Positions 41,925-54,434 of a DNA stretch of 64,000 bases are shown piece after piece (the first letter of the stretch is position 1; the number at the start of each line of letters is the position of its first letter). The DNA lies in the NCBI GenBank assembly GCA_964016885.1, contig OZ024744.1, positions 78,058,001 to 78,122,000 of the forward strand, read 5' to 3'. The position numbers were made by a program, and so were the translations under genes. Below the pieces are notes generated by a model. That model worked only from the letters and a program-made list of their open reading frames with translations. It was not told the DNA's origin and ran no database searches. Origin of the DNA: Eledone cirrhosa (lineage: Eukaryota).

Positions 41925-44307
41925 AAAATTGAACGGGAACAAAACAGAGAGGCAGTACGAACAAAGGTTTATTAATTTCACGCTCTTGAGAGTGGGGTGG
42001 TGGTGGGGAACGACGTTTCGGGCATAAGCCCTTCTTCAGGTGAAAAGTGTGTGGGAAGAGAGTTCAAAGGGTGTGTAGGGGAGAGACATATAGCAAAAAG
42101 GGGGTGAGAGGAAACGGTGCAAATGAAATTAAAAATAAAGGCATGATCAAAATAAAATTAAAATGGGGTAAAACAGGTGGTGGAAGGGTGTGGGGCGTGT
42201 AGGGGTGGTGGCGGGTGGAGTGGGGAGAGGGAGGCGGGGTGTCCGAGCGGGGGGGGGCTGAAGGTGGTGTGTGTGTGTGCGTATGTGAAAGCAAGGGTTG
42301 GCGGAAGAACGGGGTTGCATGTTCAGGAAGAGGTGTGTGTGGGGTGGGGTGTAGGTCGGAGTGTGTGTGCGTGTTGTGGATGTAGGTGGCGTGTGGGGAA
42401 AAAAATATTTCGGTGTGTGTGTCTGGGGTGAGTCGTAAAGGTAATTCCGTAAAAAGATGTGGTGGAATGCTGAGTAAAATCCTGGGATGCGGTAGATTCT
42501 CGGGATCAAGGTTCACATATGTGTAATCTGTGAAGAGATTGGTCGGAAGAGGGGAGATGTGGGGTGCGCGCGCAACAGGAAGTGGTCAGAGGGTCAAGGC
42601 AGGAGGAGGGTTGTGTGTCTGTGTGTGCGGGGAGGTGGTCAGAGAGGCATAGCAGCAGTAGGGTAGAATGGTAAGTGAAGGTGTGTCAGTGTGTGCGGAG
42701 GTGCGGTGGACAGGGGAGAGGATGGGTAGGTGTGAAAGTGGTAGTGAGGAGGGGGGGTGTATTAGTAGAGGTGTTAGTGGGATGAGTGAGTGTGGAGAAA
42801 GGGTGTGGGTGGAGCGGGGAGAGAAGAGTGTGGGGGACGATGGAGGGAGTGTAGTGTACTGGTGTGTGTGTGTGGTGAAGGGGGTGTTAGTGGGTGTTAG
42901 TATACTGGAGGTGGAGAAAGGGTTGAATGCGGGTGCGAGTGGGGGTCAGTGGTGGTAGGGTGTGTAGAGTGGGTGGTGTAAGAGGGTGTGTGTGTTCGTG
43001 TGCGTAGGGTTGGGGGGTGTTAGTCATGTTAGTTGCGTGTAGAGTGGGTGGTGTAAGTGGGTGTGTGTGTTCGTGTGATAAGGAGGGGTGAGGAGAAGAA
43101 GGGAGGGATGCTAGTATGTTAGTTGGGGAAGGGTGGTCGGATGTGGGGTGGAGGTGTTAGTATTGTTAATTGTGGGGTGGGCGGTGAAAAGGAGGGGTGT
43201 GTTAGTGGTGTTAGTGGGGGATATGTGTGTGTGTGGGGGGGGGGGGGGAAGGCTAAAGGAATAAGTGTGGGGAGTTCAAGCCGGGTGGAGTGTGGGTCTG
43301 TAGGGTGAAGATGGTTCGTTGTTCGACTCTTAGGAGTTTGGCGGGTGTTCCGTGGCATTGGAGTGGGCCACAGACTGAGGTCGTGTGCGGAATGTCCAGG
43401 GTCACCAAAGTGGCGGGCGATGGGGGAACTACCACCGAGACAAATATCCCGGAGGTGCTCAGTAAATCTGTCCGCCAGGCGACGTCCAGTCTGTCCCCCC
43501 ACACACACACATATCCCCCACTAACACCACTAACACACCCCTCCTTTTCACCGCCCACCCCACAATTAACAAGTCCGTAGACTAGGTTGGAGGAGGTGCA
43601 GCGGAAGGCATGTCGGACAGAGAGAGAGTGGCCGTTGGGACCCTGGAAGGTGGTGGTGTTGGTGATGTGGGGACAGGTGTTGCAGCGGGGCCTAGAACAG
43701 GGAAAGGAACTGGGGGGTAGGGGGGTAGGGAGCTGTGGACGAGGAGGGTGCGGAGATTGCGTGTGCGTTTGAAGGAGGGGAGTGGTGGGGCTGGGAAGAT
43801 GTGGGAGGTGGAGGGTTTGGACTGGAGGCATCGGAAGAGGCGGAGGATGGTGCGGTGGAGGGGTATGGTGGAGGGGTTGTATGTGATGGGGAAGGGGAGA
43901 CGGTGGGTGGGTGTGCGGTGGCGTGGGGTGAGGGTGGTGGAGCGGTGGACAACACGGGCGCGGGTGAGAGCGGTGTGGACGAGAGAGGGGGGGTAACCTC
44001 TGCTGATGAAATGGCTGACTAGGGAAAGGGCCTGGGACTCAAAGTCAGCATCTCGGCTACAGAGGCGGCGGATCCTGAGGAGTTGGGAGGAGGGAATAGA
44101 GTATTTAGTGTGTGTGGGGTGGGAAGAGGTGAAGTCGAGGTAGGAGTGGGAGTTGGTGGGTTTGAAGAAGGCGGAGGTGACGAGGGAGTGGTGGGAGGGA
44201 TCGAAGGCAACGGAGATGTCTAAGAAGTGGACGTGGGTGGTGGAGATAGAGGTGGTGAAGTAGAGGGAGGGGTGGAAGGAGCAGAAGAAGGAGAGAAAGG
44301 AATCGAG
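41921..44307 (-). mobile_element. 5'-truncated Penelope-like element (Neptune-like): RT C-terminus + Cys linker + GIY-YIG + long 3' region
   Basis: FLDISV, FKPTNSHSYLDFTSSHP, SQLLRIRRLCS, SRGYP (PLE RT thumb); CSRPRCNTC, CTSSNLVY, GQTGRRLADRFTEH (GIY-YIG); AATAAA near 41970; (TA)n at both ends. Confidence 0.9.
42009..42042 (-). ncRNA. Minimal hammerhead ribozyme in PLE 3' end (weak stem I)
   Basis: CAC CTGAAGA A GGGC-TTAT-GCCC GAAA CG TC GTT; ACGT palindromic stem III, GUC triplet, only 2 bp of stem I. Confidence 0.65.
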
Positions 44308-44334
<27 letters not shown>

Positions 44335-44340
<6 letters not shown>

Positions 44341-44677
44341 TGGCTTAGTGGTTAGAGCATTGGCCTTGCAATCGAAAGGTTGTGAGTTCAATTCTCAGAC
44401 CGGGTGCTGTGTTGTTTCCTTGAGCAAGACACTCTATTTCACATTGCTCCAGTTTACTCAGCTGTAGAAATGAGATGATAGGGACTGAGGTCCTTATCAT
44501 TCCACTGCAAAGTGGTCATGTAGGTGCCACGGCAAAAAAGCACTCAGCCCTCACTGTAAATGAGGTTGGTGTTAGGAAGGGCATCCAGCTGTAGAAATCA
44601 AGCCAGAATCAGTTCCCGTCCCACCCTTGCAAGCAGGGAAAAGTGGACGTAAAATGATGATGATGAAATGATGATGA
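44335..44677 (+). mobile_element. Full-length CORE-like SINE (family B)
   Basis: A/B boxes, CORE-like block, RTE-derived tail, (GAT)n. Confidence 0.92.
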
Positions 44678-44744
44678 TATATATATATATATAGTATATA
44701 TATATATATATAGTATATATATATAGTGTATATATATATATAAA

Positions 44745-47700
44745 TTTATTGTCCTGGGTATGACATTAAACTACATCCAGTGGCAAGGCTCCAGTTCGGG
44801 AGTTCAGGAGTTGTGGGGAATGTCGAGTTACCCCTTAGTTGTCATGACTCCCAGGTCTGCCCTGGCCCGGGGTGGTAGTACCTGTTAGGGCTCCATTTAT
44901 GGGTTAAATAACTACCTTATTTGAGTGGCGCCGGTAAGGTATTGTCAGCCATTGAAAAGAAATATGGAGAGTCGATCTAACACCACTAGGGTTAGAGCCC
45001 CTAATTACACTGTCAAGGAGCAGTCTGGTCGTTATGACTCTGCTGGCTTAGAGCCAAAGGGAGGGCCAGTGGATGATGGATCAGCTGTCTCTGAGACAAA
45101 TATAAAGAATGCAGTTTTGTCCTGTAGAAGAGCCATCAAAATGGGCACTTTGAATGTGAGGACTGTTCAGACGTTGGAGAAGAGAGAGGAGTTGGGACAT
45201 CTGTTCGAGGAGAGTGGTATGCAGATACTTGCGATCCAAGAACACAGGATCCTACACGATGAGCCCGTGAGGAGTGTGATGATCGGGAGGAAGAGCCAGC
45301 TCATCACTACATCGGCAGTGAAGAACACAACAAATGCTGCAGTAGGAGGAGTGAGTTTTGTGTTCAGTGCAAAAACCAATCTGTTGGTGAGGGAAATAAT
45401 GCCTATCTCCCTGCGAGTGTTGAGGGTGACCTTCAATGGAAACCCAAGACTGACAGTCATCTCAGCCTATAGTCCAACCGAGGGGGACAGTGATGTAAGT
45501 GCGGAAGAGTTCCATGAGGAGGTGTGTAGAGCTGTCAACACCACTCAGGCACACAATATCCTGCTTGTTTTGGGGGACTTCAATGCACATATGAGTAAGG
45601 AGGGCAGTGAAGATCCTTGCTGGTACTTCCATAACAACACCAACCGAAATGGAAGACTACTGAGAGACGCCCTGCTGGAGGCGAACTTGATGGCGACCAA
45701 CCTAAGGTTTAGGAAGAATCTGGGGGAAGATGTGGACCTACATCTCAGATATGCACCTGTCCAAGTCCCAGATTGACTTCATTCTGGTGAAGAAAAAGTG
45801 GCGGAATAGTGTTCTGAACACAGAACCATACAACTATTTCAGTACACTGGGTAGTGACCTCCGGCTTGTTATGAGTGAGGTCCGGGTGAGCTTAAGAAAG
45901 AGCAAGGCTCGGCCCCGGAGAGCAATCTATGACCGGGGAGCTTTCAAGGAAGATGATAAGCTACAGGAGAGGTTCATAGTAGAAGTGAGAAACAGGTTTA
46001 GTGCTCTGTGTGGAGAGTCAGAGGAGAGAGAGATTGGATGGACTGAGGAGAGTGTGACGAGGAGGTATGGGCACTTCACCAATGCAGTGGCAGAAGCAAG
46101 TGAAACCCTGGTGCCGAGGAAAAAGAACAAAAGGAAGCATGTCAGCTCTGCAAACCCAAAAGTGTGTGCAGCCAGAGAACACCTGAAAGCTGCCAAGCAC
46201 CAATTCTATGCTGATCCTACGGAGGAGAGGATGGAGACTGTGGAGGTGATGAGGGAAGAACTCTGTACCGCTTACACTGAGGTCAGAGAGGAGGCACTGA
46301 TAGAGAAGATCAGAAGTGAGGAGAGAGTGGTTGACAGATCTGGATGTAAGGAGAGCTGGATGATCATCAACGAGATCACAGGGAGGAAGAGAAGGTGTTC
46401 GAGTCAGATCCAGGGAACGGGGCCCGAGGATAGGAAGAGGAAATGGCTAGACCATTTTAGGACCCTACTAGGAGAGCCACCCTCCACAGCCCAGAGCACT
46501 GGGGAGATCAGGCAACTGTTTGAGGAACTGGATGTTGAGACAGAGCCCTTCACCAGAGAGGAGCTTCAGAGAGCCAAGAAGAGGATCAAGGATGGCAAGG
46601 CTCATGGAGAAGACGGAGTGGCATCAGAGGTGATGAAGAGGTGTGATTTTGATGATATCATCCTGGGGTTCTGTAATGGGGCACTGGAGAAAGGAGTTGC
46701 CCCGAATCAGTGGAGGATCAGTAACATCGTCCCACTGCCAAAGAAGGGAGATTTATTTAACACCAACAACTACAGGGGGATCTCACTGACGTCACTTGTG
46801 GCAAAGACCCTCAACAGGATGATTCTTAACAGGATCCAGCCTGAGATGGAGAAGAAGCTCAGGGACAACCAGAACGGCTTCAGAGAGGGTAGATCAACCA
46901 CCAGTCACATCCTGATGCTGAGGAGGATATTAGAGGGAGCTAGAGCAAAGTGCCTTCCTGCGGTCATGGTTTTCATTGACTTTAGGAAGGCCTTTGATTC
47001 TGTGGACCGTTACTGCCTGATGAAGATCTTACAGGCTTATGGAATCCCCAAGAAGATAGTGGACCTGATATCACTGCTCTACACCAACACCAAAGCCCAA
47101 GTCATTACACCTGATGGGATGACAGAGTTCTTTGAGATACTGGCTGGAGTGCTCCAGGGAGATACATTGGCTCCCTACCTTTTTATCATCGTAGTGAACT
47201 ATTGTATGCGCCTTGCACTAGAGAAACACCAGGACTCTGGCTTTACTGTAGCACCGGCTCAGAGCAGGAGAGTTAGGGCGAAAAAGGTATCGGATGCTGA
47301 ATTTGCCGACAACATAGTTTTGGTGACAAATACAGTGAAGGAGGCAGAGGATTTGATGCAGGAGGTTGAGACTGTGTCGATGAGTGTGGGGCTGAGAATG
47401 AATGAGACTAAAACAAAATATCTGGTAGAGAATGTTGAGAAGCCAGAGGGGATCACTAATGTAGGCGGGAAGCCACTAGAGTTGGTTGAGGGCTTCCTGT
47501 ATTTGGGAGCAAAGATTGGGAATACGGAAGATGATGTGGTTGAGAGGAAGAACAAGGCCTGGGCGGCGTGCCACAGCTTGAGATCGGTGTGGAAGTCGGA
47601 CCTTCGTAGAGACCTGAAAATCCGCCTCTTCATTGCTGTAGTGGAGTCTGTGCTGCTGTATGGGTCTGAGACTTGGACACTCACCAAGAAACTCACTCAG

Positions 47701-48014
47701 ATAGTGGCTGGGTGCTACACGAGAATGCTGAGGATGGCTCTGAACATTAATCAGTATACACTGAGGATGAAAAACTCAGAGCTGTATGGGAGCATCCCAA
47801 AAGTCAGCTCAAAAGTGACACAGAGGAGACTGAGGTTAGCTGGACATGCTCACCGACATAGAAGAGGAAGACCAAGGTTAATGTATGTTGATGCCCTAAG
47901 GACAGACACTGGTCTGTTGGAGACGCAGGACAAGGCAGCGATAATGAGGGACAGAGACCGCTGGAGAGAACTCGTCCATGGATCTCGGGAATTTTACCCG
48001 CCTTAGAATAGAAT

Positions 48015-48020
<6 letters not shown>
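44745..48020 (+). mobile_element. Near full-length RTE-clade LINE (distinct family), APE + RT
   Basis: 44925-45776 (GTLNVRT, AIQEH, SAYSPT, GDFNAH) and 45730-48006 (NYRGISL, QNGFR, FIDFRKAFD, GVLQGDTLAP, FADN, LYGSETW); one frameshift near 45722; (AATAG)n tail. Confidence 0.95.
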
Positions 48021-48044
<24 letters not shown>

Positions 48045-48046
<2 letters not shown>

Positions 48047-48385
48047 TTAACAAAAACGGGTGTGTATGATTGTGTATAGAAGATTATATTAATAAAAAGA
48101 ATTCCAACTTTGTCTGATTTACTCGTTTTATTTACAATCCTTTAACATTTATAATGGTATTAGAATGAAATAGTATGGTAGAATATTAAATGTTGACAGT
48201 TGAAAATTGCAAACTTGACTGTCACCACACAATTTGAACCTGAAGATTGCGAAAGCATGAAAGTACTTGTTCAATTAACTCTTAACATTTAATATTCTAC
48301 CATACTATTTCATTCTAATTTCATTATAAATTTTAAAGGATTGTAAATAAAACGAGTAAATCAGACGAAGTTGGAATTCCTTTTA

Positions 48386-48392
<7 letters not shown>
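48045..48392. mobile_element. Non-coding inverted-repeat cassette (arms 48086-48194 / 48284-48392) with HHR in the spacer
   Basis: About 108-bp inverted arms; flanked by (TA)n/(GA)n. Confidence 0.8.
48234..48274 (+). ncRNA. Minimal type I hammerhead ribozyme (variant)
   Basis: TTGAAC CTGAAGA T TGC-GAAA-GCA T GAAA GTAC TT GTTCAA; 6-bp stem I, AGTACT stem III, CUU triplet. Confidence 0.78.
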
Positions 48393-48428
<36 letters not shown>

Positions 48429-48440
48429 TATATATATATC

Positions 48441-48441
<1 letters not shown>

Positions 48442-48472
<31 letters not shown>

Positions 48473-51400
48473 CCGTTTTACGTCCGTTCTTCAATGCTAG
48501 CATGGGTTAGACGGGTTGTCCTGTTGTGGGCAGTGTCTGGTCGGCTGACAATGCCTTGCTGATACAGGAACTGATTTTGGCTTGATTTCTACAGCTGGAT
48601 GCCCTTCCTAACACCAACCTCATTTACAGTGAGTGTTGGGTGCTCTTTTTCCATGGCGCCTACACTTCCACTTTACAGTGTGGGCTGGGTGCTTTTTGGC
48701 GTGGCACCTCCACGACCACTTTGCAGTAGGAGGGTGTGGGGTCATATTGTCTATATGCTTCAGCTTGTACCCATGGGAGGTCGGGTATTCTGTATTACTG
48801 TGTGACGCCAGAGGTCACGGTCGTGTGTCATCGCCTTTGAGAGGTGTAATTGGGTAAGGTCGGCTTTTATCACCTCATCCCAGGTCTTCTTGGGTCTCCC
48901 CACTCCACGGTTTCCATTGACTTCTAGTACTCTGCACCTTTTTATGCAGCTGTCATCCTTCATACGCATCACATGTCCATACCAACGCAACCGCCTCTCC
49001 TGCACACAGCATTTGATTTCTCTTATGCTCAGTCTCTCTCTCAATTCATTTATGCTTTGCTGTTCACGTATATTACTATTACACATCCATCGGAGCATGC
49101 AGGCTTCGTTTCTCTCTAATCTACGTAAGTCTTCCACCTTCAGTGGCCAGGTCTCACTACCATGTAAGATTGCTGTTCGGATACATGCATCATACAGTCT
49201 GCCTTTCATTTTGAGGGAGAAGCCTTTTGCAGCTAGCAGTGGCAGTAGTTCCCTGAACTTCTTCCATCCCGTTCTTACCCTAGTTATTGTACTTTCTGAA
49301 CACCCACCTCCGCTGCTAATTCGGTCACCTAGGTAGCAGAAGCTGTCTACTGTTTCTACAGAGCCCTCCCAGAGATTGGTGGTACTTGTTTCCTGTGGCT
49401 GTTTGCTGCTTGCTGTCCCAGCACAGCTGCTACATCTGAAGCCTACATTCTTAATTAAGCTTCCTCAGATCCCGCTACATCTCTTGTGTACCCATTGTTT
49501 GCATTTGGGGCAGAGAATGGAGTTCCTAACTACACCTTTCCTACATACCGAACAAGGTTATTTCCCTGAGGGGATCTGAGTTCTGTTTTCTCGTCTACTT
49601 ACAAGGACCCTAGTCTTTGTCAGGTTGACTTTGAGACCCTTTCTTTCTAGTCCCTGCTTCCAAGTTTGGAATTTCTTCTCTAGTTCTACCATAGATTCAG
49701 CTATAAGTACGAGGTCATCTGCATACAGGAGTTCCCATGGGCATCCAGTCTTAAAATCCTCCGTTATAGCCTGCAGGACTATGATGAACAGGAGAGAGCT
49801 AAGAACAGAGCCCTGGTGGACACCAACCTGTACGCTAAATTCCTTGCTACACTCATTGCTAATCCTAACTTTGCTGACTGCTCACCTATACATGGCTTGT
49901 ACAGCATTCACAAGCCATTCATCTGCTCCTAGTTTTCTAAGAGCCCACCAGATTACAGCACGTGGAACTCTGTCAAAGGCTTTCTCGAGATCGACGAATG
50001 CCAGGTAGAGTGGCTTACTTTTAGCTAGGTACTTTTCCTGTAACTGCCTCACAAGGAAGAGGGCATCAGTGGTGCCTCTTCCTGGTACAAACCCAAATTG
50101 CATCTCATCTAGTTTCACCCGGTCCCTAATCAACTGTGCTATAACTCTTTCTGTTACTTTCATGACCTGGTCCATCAGCTTTATACCTCTATAGTTTCCT
50201 CTATCTAGTGCATCACCTTTACCTTTGTAGCAGTTGTCAATGATGCTACGGCACCAATCTTTTGGTATGACACCTTCTACGTTAACGATACGTGTGGTTA
50301 TAGTGTGACCTACAGACCCAGATGCCTTCAGCATCTCGGCAGCTATACCCGATGGACCGGTTGCCTTCCCCATCTTCATATCTTTGATTGCCTTACTTAC
50401 TACGCTGCTGCTGACTTGTACTGCTGGCCCCTCTATAGGGTCTATTTGGGGTAGGGTCTCTTCTTCCCATGCATTCTCCTCATTTAGTAATCTATCATAA
50501 TGGCTCTTCCAAGCATCTTTCTTCTCAGCACTTGTGAGGGCAAGCTCACCTTTATCATTCCGGATACACTTCTCTCCAATGACATCACAATTCTTTCTGA
50601 CACACTGCCTCGCAATCTTGAACACCTCCTGTTTCTGATCCTCACGTTGCAAAACATGCTTGAATTTTCTATCCTCTGCTTCCTTCCTAGCTAAGTATAC
50701 TTGTCGCCTAACTTCCGTCTTGGTCTCTATGTAATGTACCCTGCTTCCCCCGTTCTTCCATTCTTTCCATGCCTGTCTCTTGGCCTTAACTGCCTCATCT
50801 ACCTTATTGTTCCACCACCAAGTCACTCTCCACCTGCTTGTGGTCTTACTCCAGCCACAGACCTCATCTGTCGCCTCTAGTAAGTTATTTTTTAGGAACT
50901 CCCAGTGCTCTTCTACATTGAATGTCTCTATCTGTTCTTCTTTACTGTCGTAGGCGTTGAGTAAAATATCTTTAAATCTGTTACTGGCTGAGGGGTCTTT
51001 CAGCTTCCAGATCTTTCTTCTCCAGGTTGGCCTCTGTTTTCAGGTTCGTCTAGTTCTGACCGTGAGGTCGCTGACAACTAAGCTATGTTGGGAGGTACAT
51101 TCCTCACTAGGGAAGGCTTTTGTGTTTACGACCGTCCATCTGTCACATCTTCTAATGAGGATAAAATCTATCTGACTAGAATGCTCCTCTGATCTATAGG
51201 TGATCAGGTGGTTGTCGGGTTTTTTGAAGTTTGTGTTACATATCGACATGTCATTGGCGTCACAGAATTCTAGAAGTCTGAATCCTTCTTCATTTCTTGT
51301 GCCAACCCCATGGCCTCCATGGACTCTATTGAAGCCGTTACAGTATTTACCTACATGTCCGTTAAAATCCCCTGCAAGGAAGTCATTGTCGTTTGTTAGA

Positions 51401-51688
51401 GCAGTAGTGTGCATTAGGGACTCGTAAAACCTATCCTTAAGTTCGTCTGGCAACCCCGATTGGGGTGCGTAAGCTGATATTATTGTGGTAATTGTTTTAT
51501 TCAGGACTAGTCTGAGTTTAATGATTCTTGCATTTACCCTGTCCACTGAGATTACTTTATCTACCCACTTGTCAGCTAGTAGTATACCTACACCACCCAA
51601 CCCGTTGTCATTTCCCACCCAGATAAATTTGTAGCACTGACTTTTTCCTACAAGGACTCTAGCAGACTCTCCTCTCCATCTAGTCTCT

Positions 51689-51690
<2 letters not shown>
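48442..51690 (-). mobile_element. Long RTE LINE (family RTE-A), APE + RT, 5'-truncated
   Basis: ORFs to 51040 (QETRW, SAYAPQ, GDFNGHVG), 50826-49882, 49209-48760; (GAT)n tail; close match to 6500-8932. Confidence 0.95.
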
Positions 51691-51746
<56 letters not shown>

Positions 51747-51783
51747 AAGAACACAAGAGCGTCTACAACATCAAAAGATTTTT

Positions 51784-51836
51784 ATTGGCTTACAATGTTT
51801 CTTCCTTACGTAACCGTAGGATTCGTCAGAGCTAAT
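51784..51836 (-). ncRNA. Type I hammerhead ribozyme in a ~95-bp insert between (TA)n tracts
   Basis: ATTAGCT CTGACGA ATCCTACG-GTTA-CGTAAGGAA GAAA CATTG TA AGCCAAT, overlapping a downstream AATAAA. Confidence 0.7.
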
Positions 51837-51851
51837 ATATATATATATGTA

Positions 51852-51917
<66 letters not shown>

Positions 51918-51945
51918 TATATATATATATATATATATATATACA

Positions 51946-51997
<52 letters not shown>

Positions 51998-52052
51998 TAT
52001 ATATATATATATATATATACAGTTTATATGTATATATATACAGTATATATAT

Positions 52053-53313
52053 AGCCTTTGTTGACCTAGAGAAGGCCTTTGATAGGGTACCCCGATCTGT
52101 CATCTGGTGGTCCCTAAGGAAACTAGGTGTTGAGGAATGGCTTGTGAGGACAGTGCAAACTTTGTACAGAGGTACTCTCAGTAAAGTCAGGGTAGGAATG
52201 GAGTTTAGTGAGGAATTCCAGATACAAGTAGGAGTACATCAGGGTTCGGTCCTCAGCCCGCTCTTGTTCATTATAGTCCTCCAAGCCATAACAGAGGAGT
52301 TTAAGACTGGCTGTCCATGGGAACTTCTCTATGCTGACGATCTGGTTCTTATAGCAGAATCAATAGAGGAGCTAGAGAATAAATTCTGGCTATAGAAACA
52401 GCAGTTGGAATTAAGACTGAGAGTGAACCTAGCTAAGACAAAAGTGTTGATGAGTAGAAAAGAGGACAAAACCCTGATTCCGTCAGGGAAATGGCCATGT
52501 TCGATATGCAGAAAAGGAACTGGCATAAATTCTATAAAATGCACACAATGCAGATCCTGGGTACACAAGAGATGTAGCGGGATAGCAGGCAAACTAACAG
52601 GTAGGGAGAAATATCTATGCAGTAGATGTACAGGGAAATTAGGCAGTAGAAGTCGCACTGATAGACACATTTTTCAAATGCGAGAGGGCGCTATAGAAGT
52701 GGTGGATAGCTTCCGGTACCTAGGAGATCAGATTAGCATGGGAGGAGGGTGTTCCAAGACCATATATCTAGAATAAGGATGGGTTGGAAGAAGTTTAGGG
52801 AGCTGCTTCCTCTGTTGACAAAGAAGGGTTTCTCCCTGCGTACGAAAGGCCGGTTGTATGATGCCTGTGTGAGGAGCGCGATGCTGCATGGTAGTGAGAC
52901 ATGGGCAACAACTGCAGAGGATATGCGACGGCTGGAGAGAAATGGGGCAAGCATGCTCTGTTGGATGTGCAGTGTAAATGTGCGTGAACGACCCAGCATG
53001 AATGTGTTGAGAGAGAAACTGTGTCTGAGAGGGATAGAATGTAGTGTACGGGAGAGGAGACTGAAGTGGTATGGACTTGTGATGCGCATGGAGGATGACC
53101 GATGGGTGAAGAAGTGCCAGGAAATGCCAGTTGAAGGAAGACGTGGTAGAGGTAGACCACGAAAAACATGGGTGGAGGTGGTGAGAACAGACCTCAGATC
53201 GTTGAACCTCACGGTGGAGATGACGAAGGACCATGACGAGTGGAGAGATGCTGTGCTGAATAAGCAGGGAAAAGCGGACGTAAAATGATGATGATGATGA
53301 TGATGATGATGAT
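52053..53313 (+). mobile_element. 5'-truncated RTE LINE (family RTE-B)
   Basis: [30 protein letters not shown]; (GAT)n tail. Confidence 0.93.
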
Positions 53314-53347
53314 ATAATATATATATATATATATATATATACAGTAT

Positions 53348-54158
53348 ATCATCATCATCATATTCGTTTAACGTCCCTTTTCCACGCTAGCACGGGTTAG
53401 ACGGGAGTTGTCCCACTTGAGGCAAGGCTGGTCGGGTGACCGTGTCTTGCTCATATAGGACTATCTGGCAGGTTTTCTATGGCTGGATGCCCTTCCTAAC
53501 ACCAACCACATTTACAGTGTTGAACTGGGAACTTTTTACCGTGTTACCTACACGACCACATTACAGCGTGGACTGTGTGTGTTTTTTGTCGTGACACCTA
53601 CACAACCTCGATCTCATTTTCCCGTGCTGTTGGTGGGAGTGGGAGGATAGGGTAGGGGTAGTGGATTGGGGTGTATATTTGGTTAAGAGGTACCTACTGA
53701 CTGTAAGTTTCGCTTTGTACATAGGCAAGGCGGGTCTTCTGTATTACTGCGTAACGCCAAAGATCTCGGTCCAAAGATGTTGTCTTAGAGAGATGTAAGT
53801 GTGTGAGGTCGGAATTTATCAGATCATCCCAGGTTTTTCTGGGTCTACCTACTCCGTAACTACCATCAATTTTGATCGCCCTGCACTTTTTTATGCAGCT
53901 GTCGTCTTTCATGCGCATCACGTGACCATACCAACGTAGTCTTCTCTCAAGTAAACAGCGTCTGATCCTTCTTATTCCTAATTTCTCACTTAGTTCATTT
54001 ATGCTTTGCTGTTCACGTATATTACTATTATTCATCCAACGGAGTATGCAAGCTTCATTCCTCTCCAGTCTGCGCAGGTCCTCTGCATGTAATGCCCATG
54101 TCTCACTGCCATATAGCATTGCTGTTCGTATACAGGCATCATACAATCTGCCTTTCAT
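53348..54158 (-). mobile_element. 5'-truncated RTE LINE, tail-to-tail with the previous copy
   Basis: ORF 54158-53694 (LYGSETW, LRWYGHVMR); same subfamily as 36236-37848. Confidence 0.92.
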
Positions 54159-54190
54159 ATATATATATACTATATATATATATATATATA

Positions 54191-54232
<42 letters not shown>

Positions 54233-54336
54233 TGTATATATATATATATATATATATATACTGTAAATAATACAGTATATATATAAATATATATACAGTA
54301 TATAAACAGTATATATATATATACAGTATATATACA

Positions 54337-54369
<33 letters not shown>

Positions 54370-54384
54370 GTATATATATATACA

Positions 54385-54430
<46 letters not shown>

Positions 54431-54434
<4 letters not shown>

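Noticed and set aside
42064-43310. Pro/His/Thr- or Gly/Val-rich ORFs
   Set aside because: Low-complexity G/T-skewed 3' region of the PLE, downstream of the nuclease
44750-44920. Possible HDV-like ribozyme in the RTE 5' UTR
   Set aside because: Local hairpins are present, but I could not build the nested double pseudoknot by eye; needs a descriptor search
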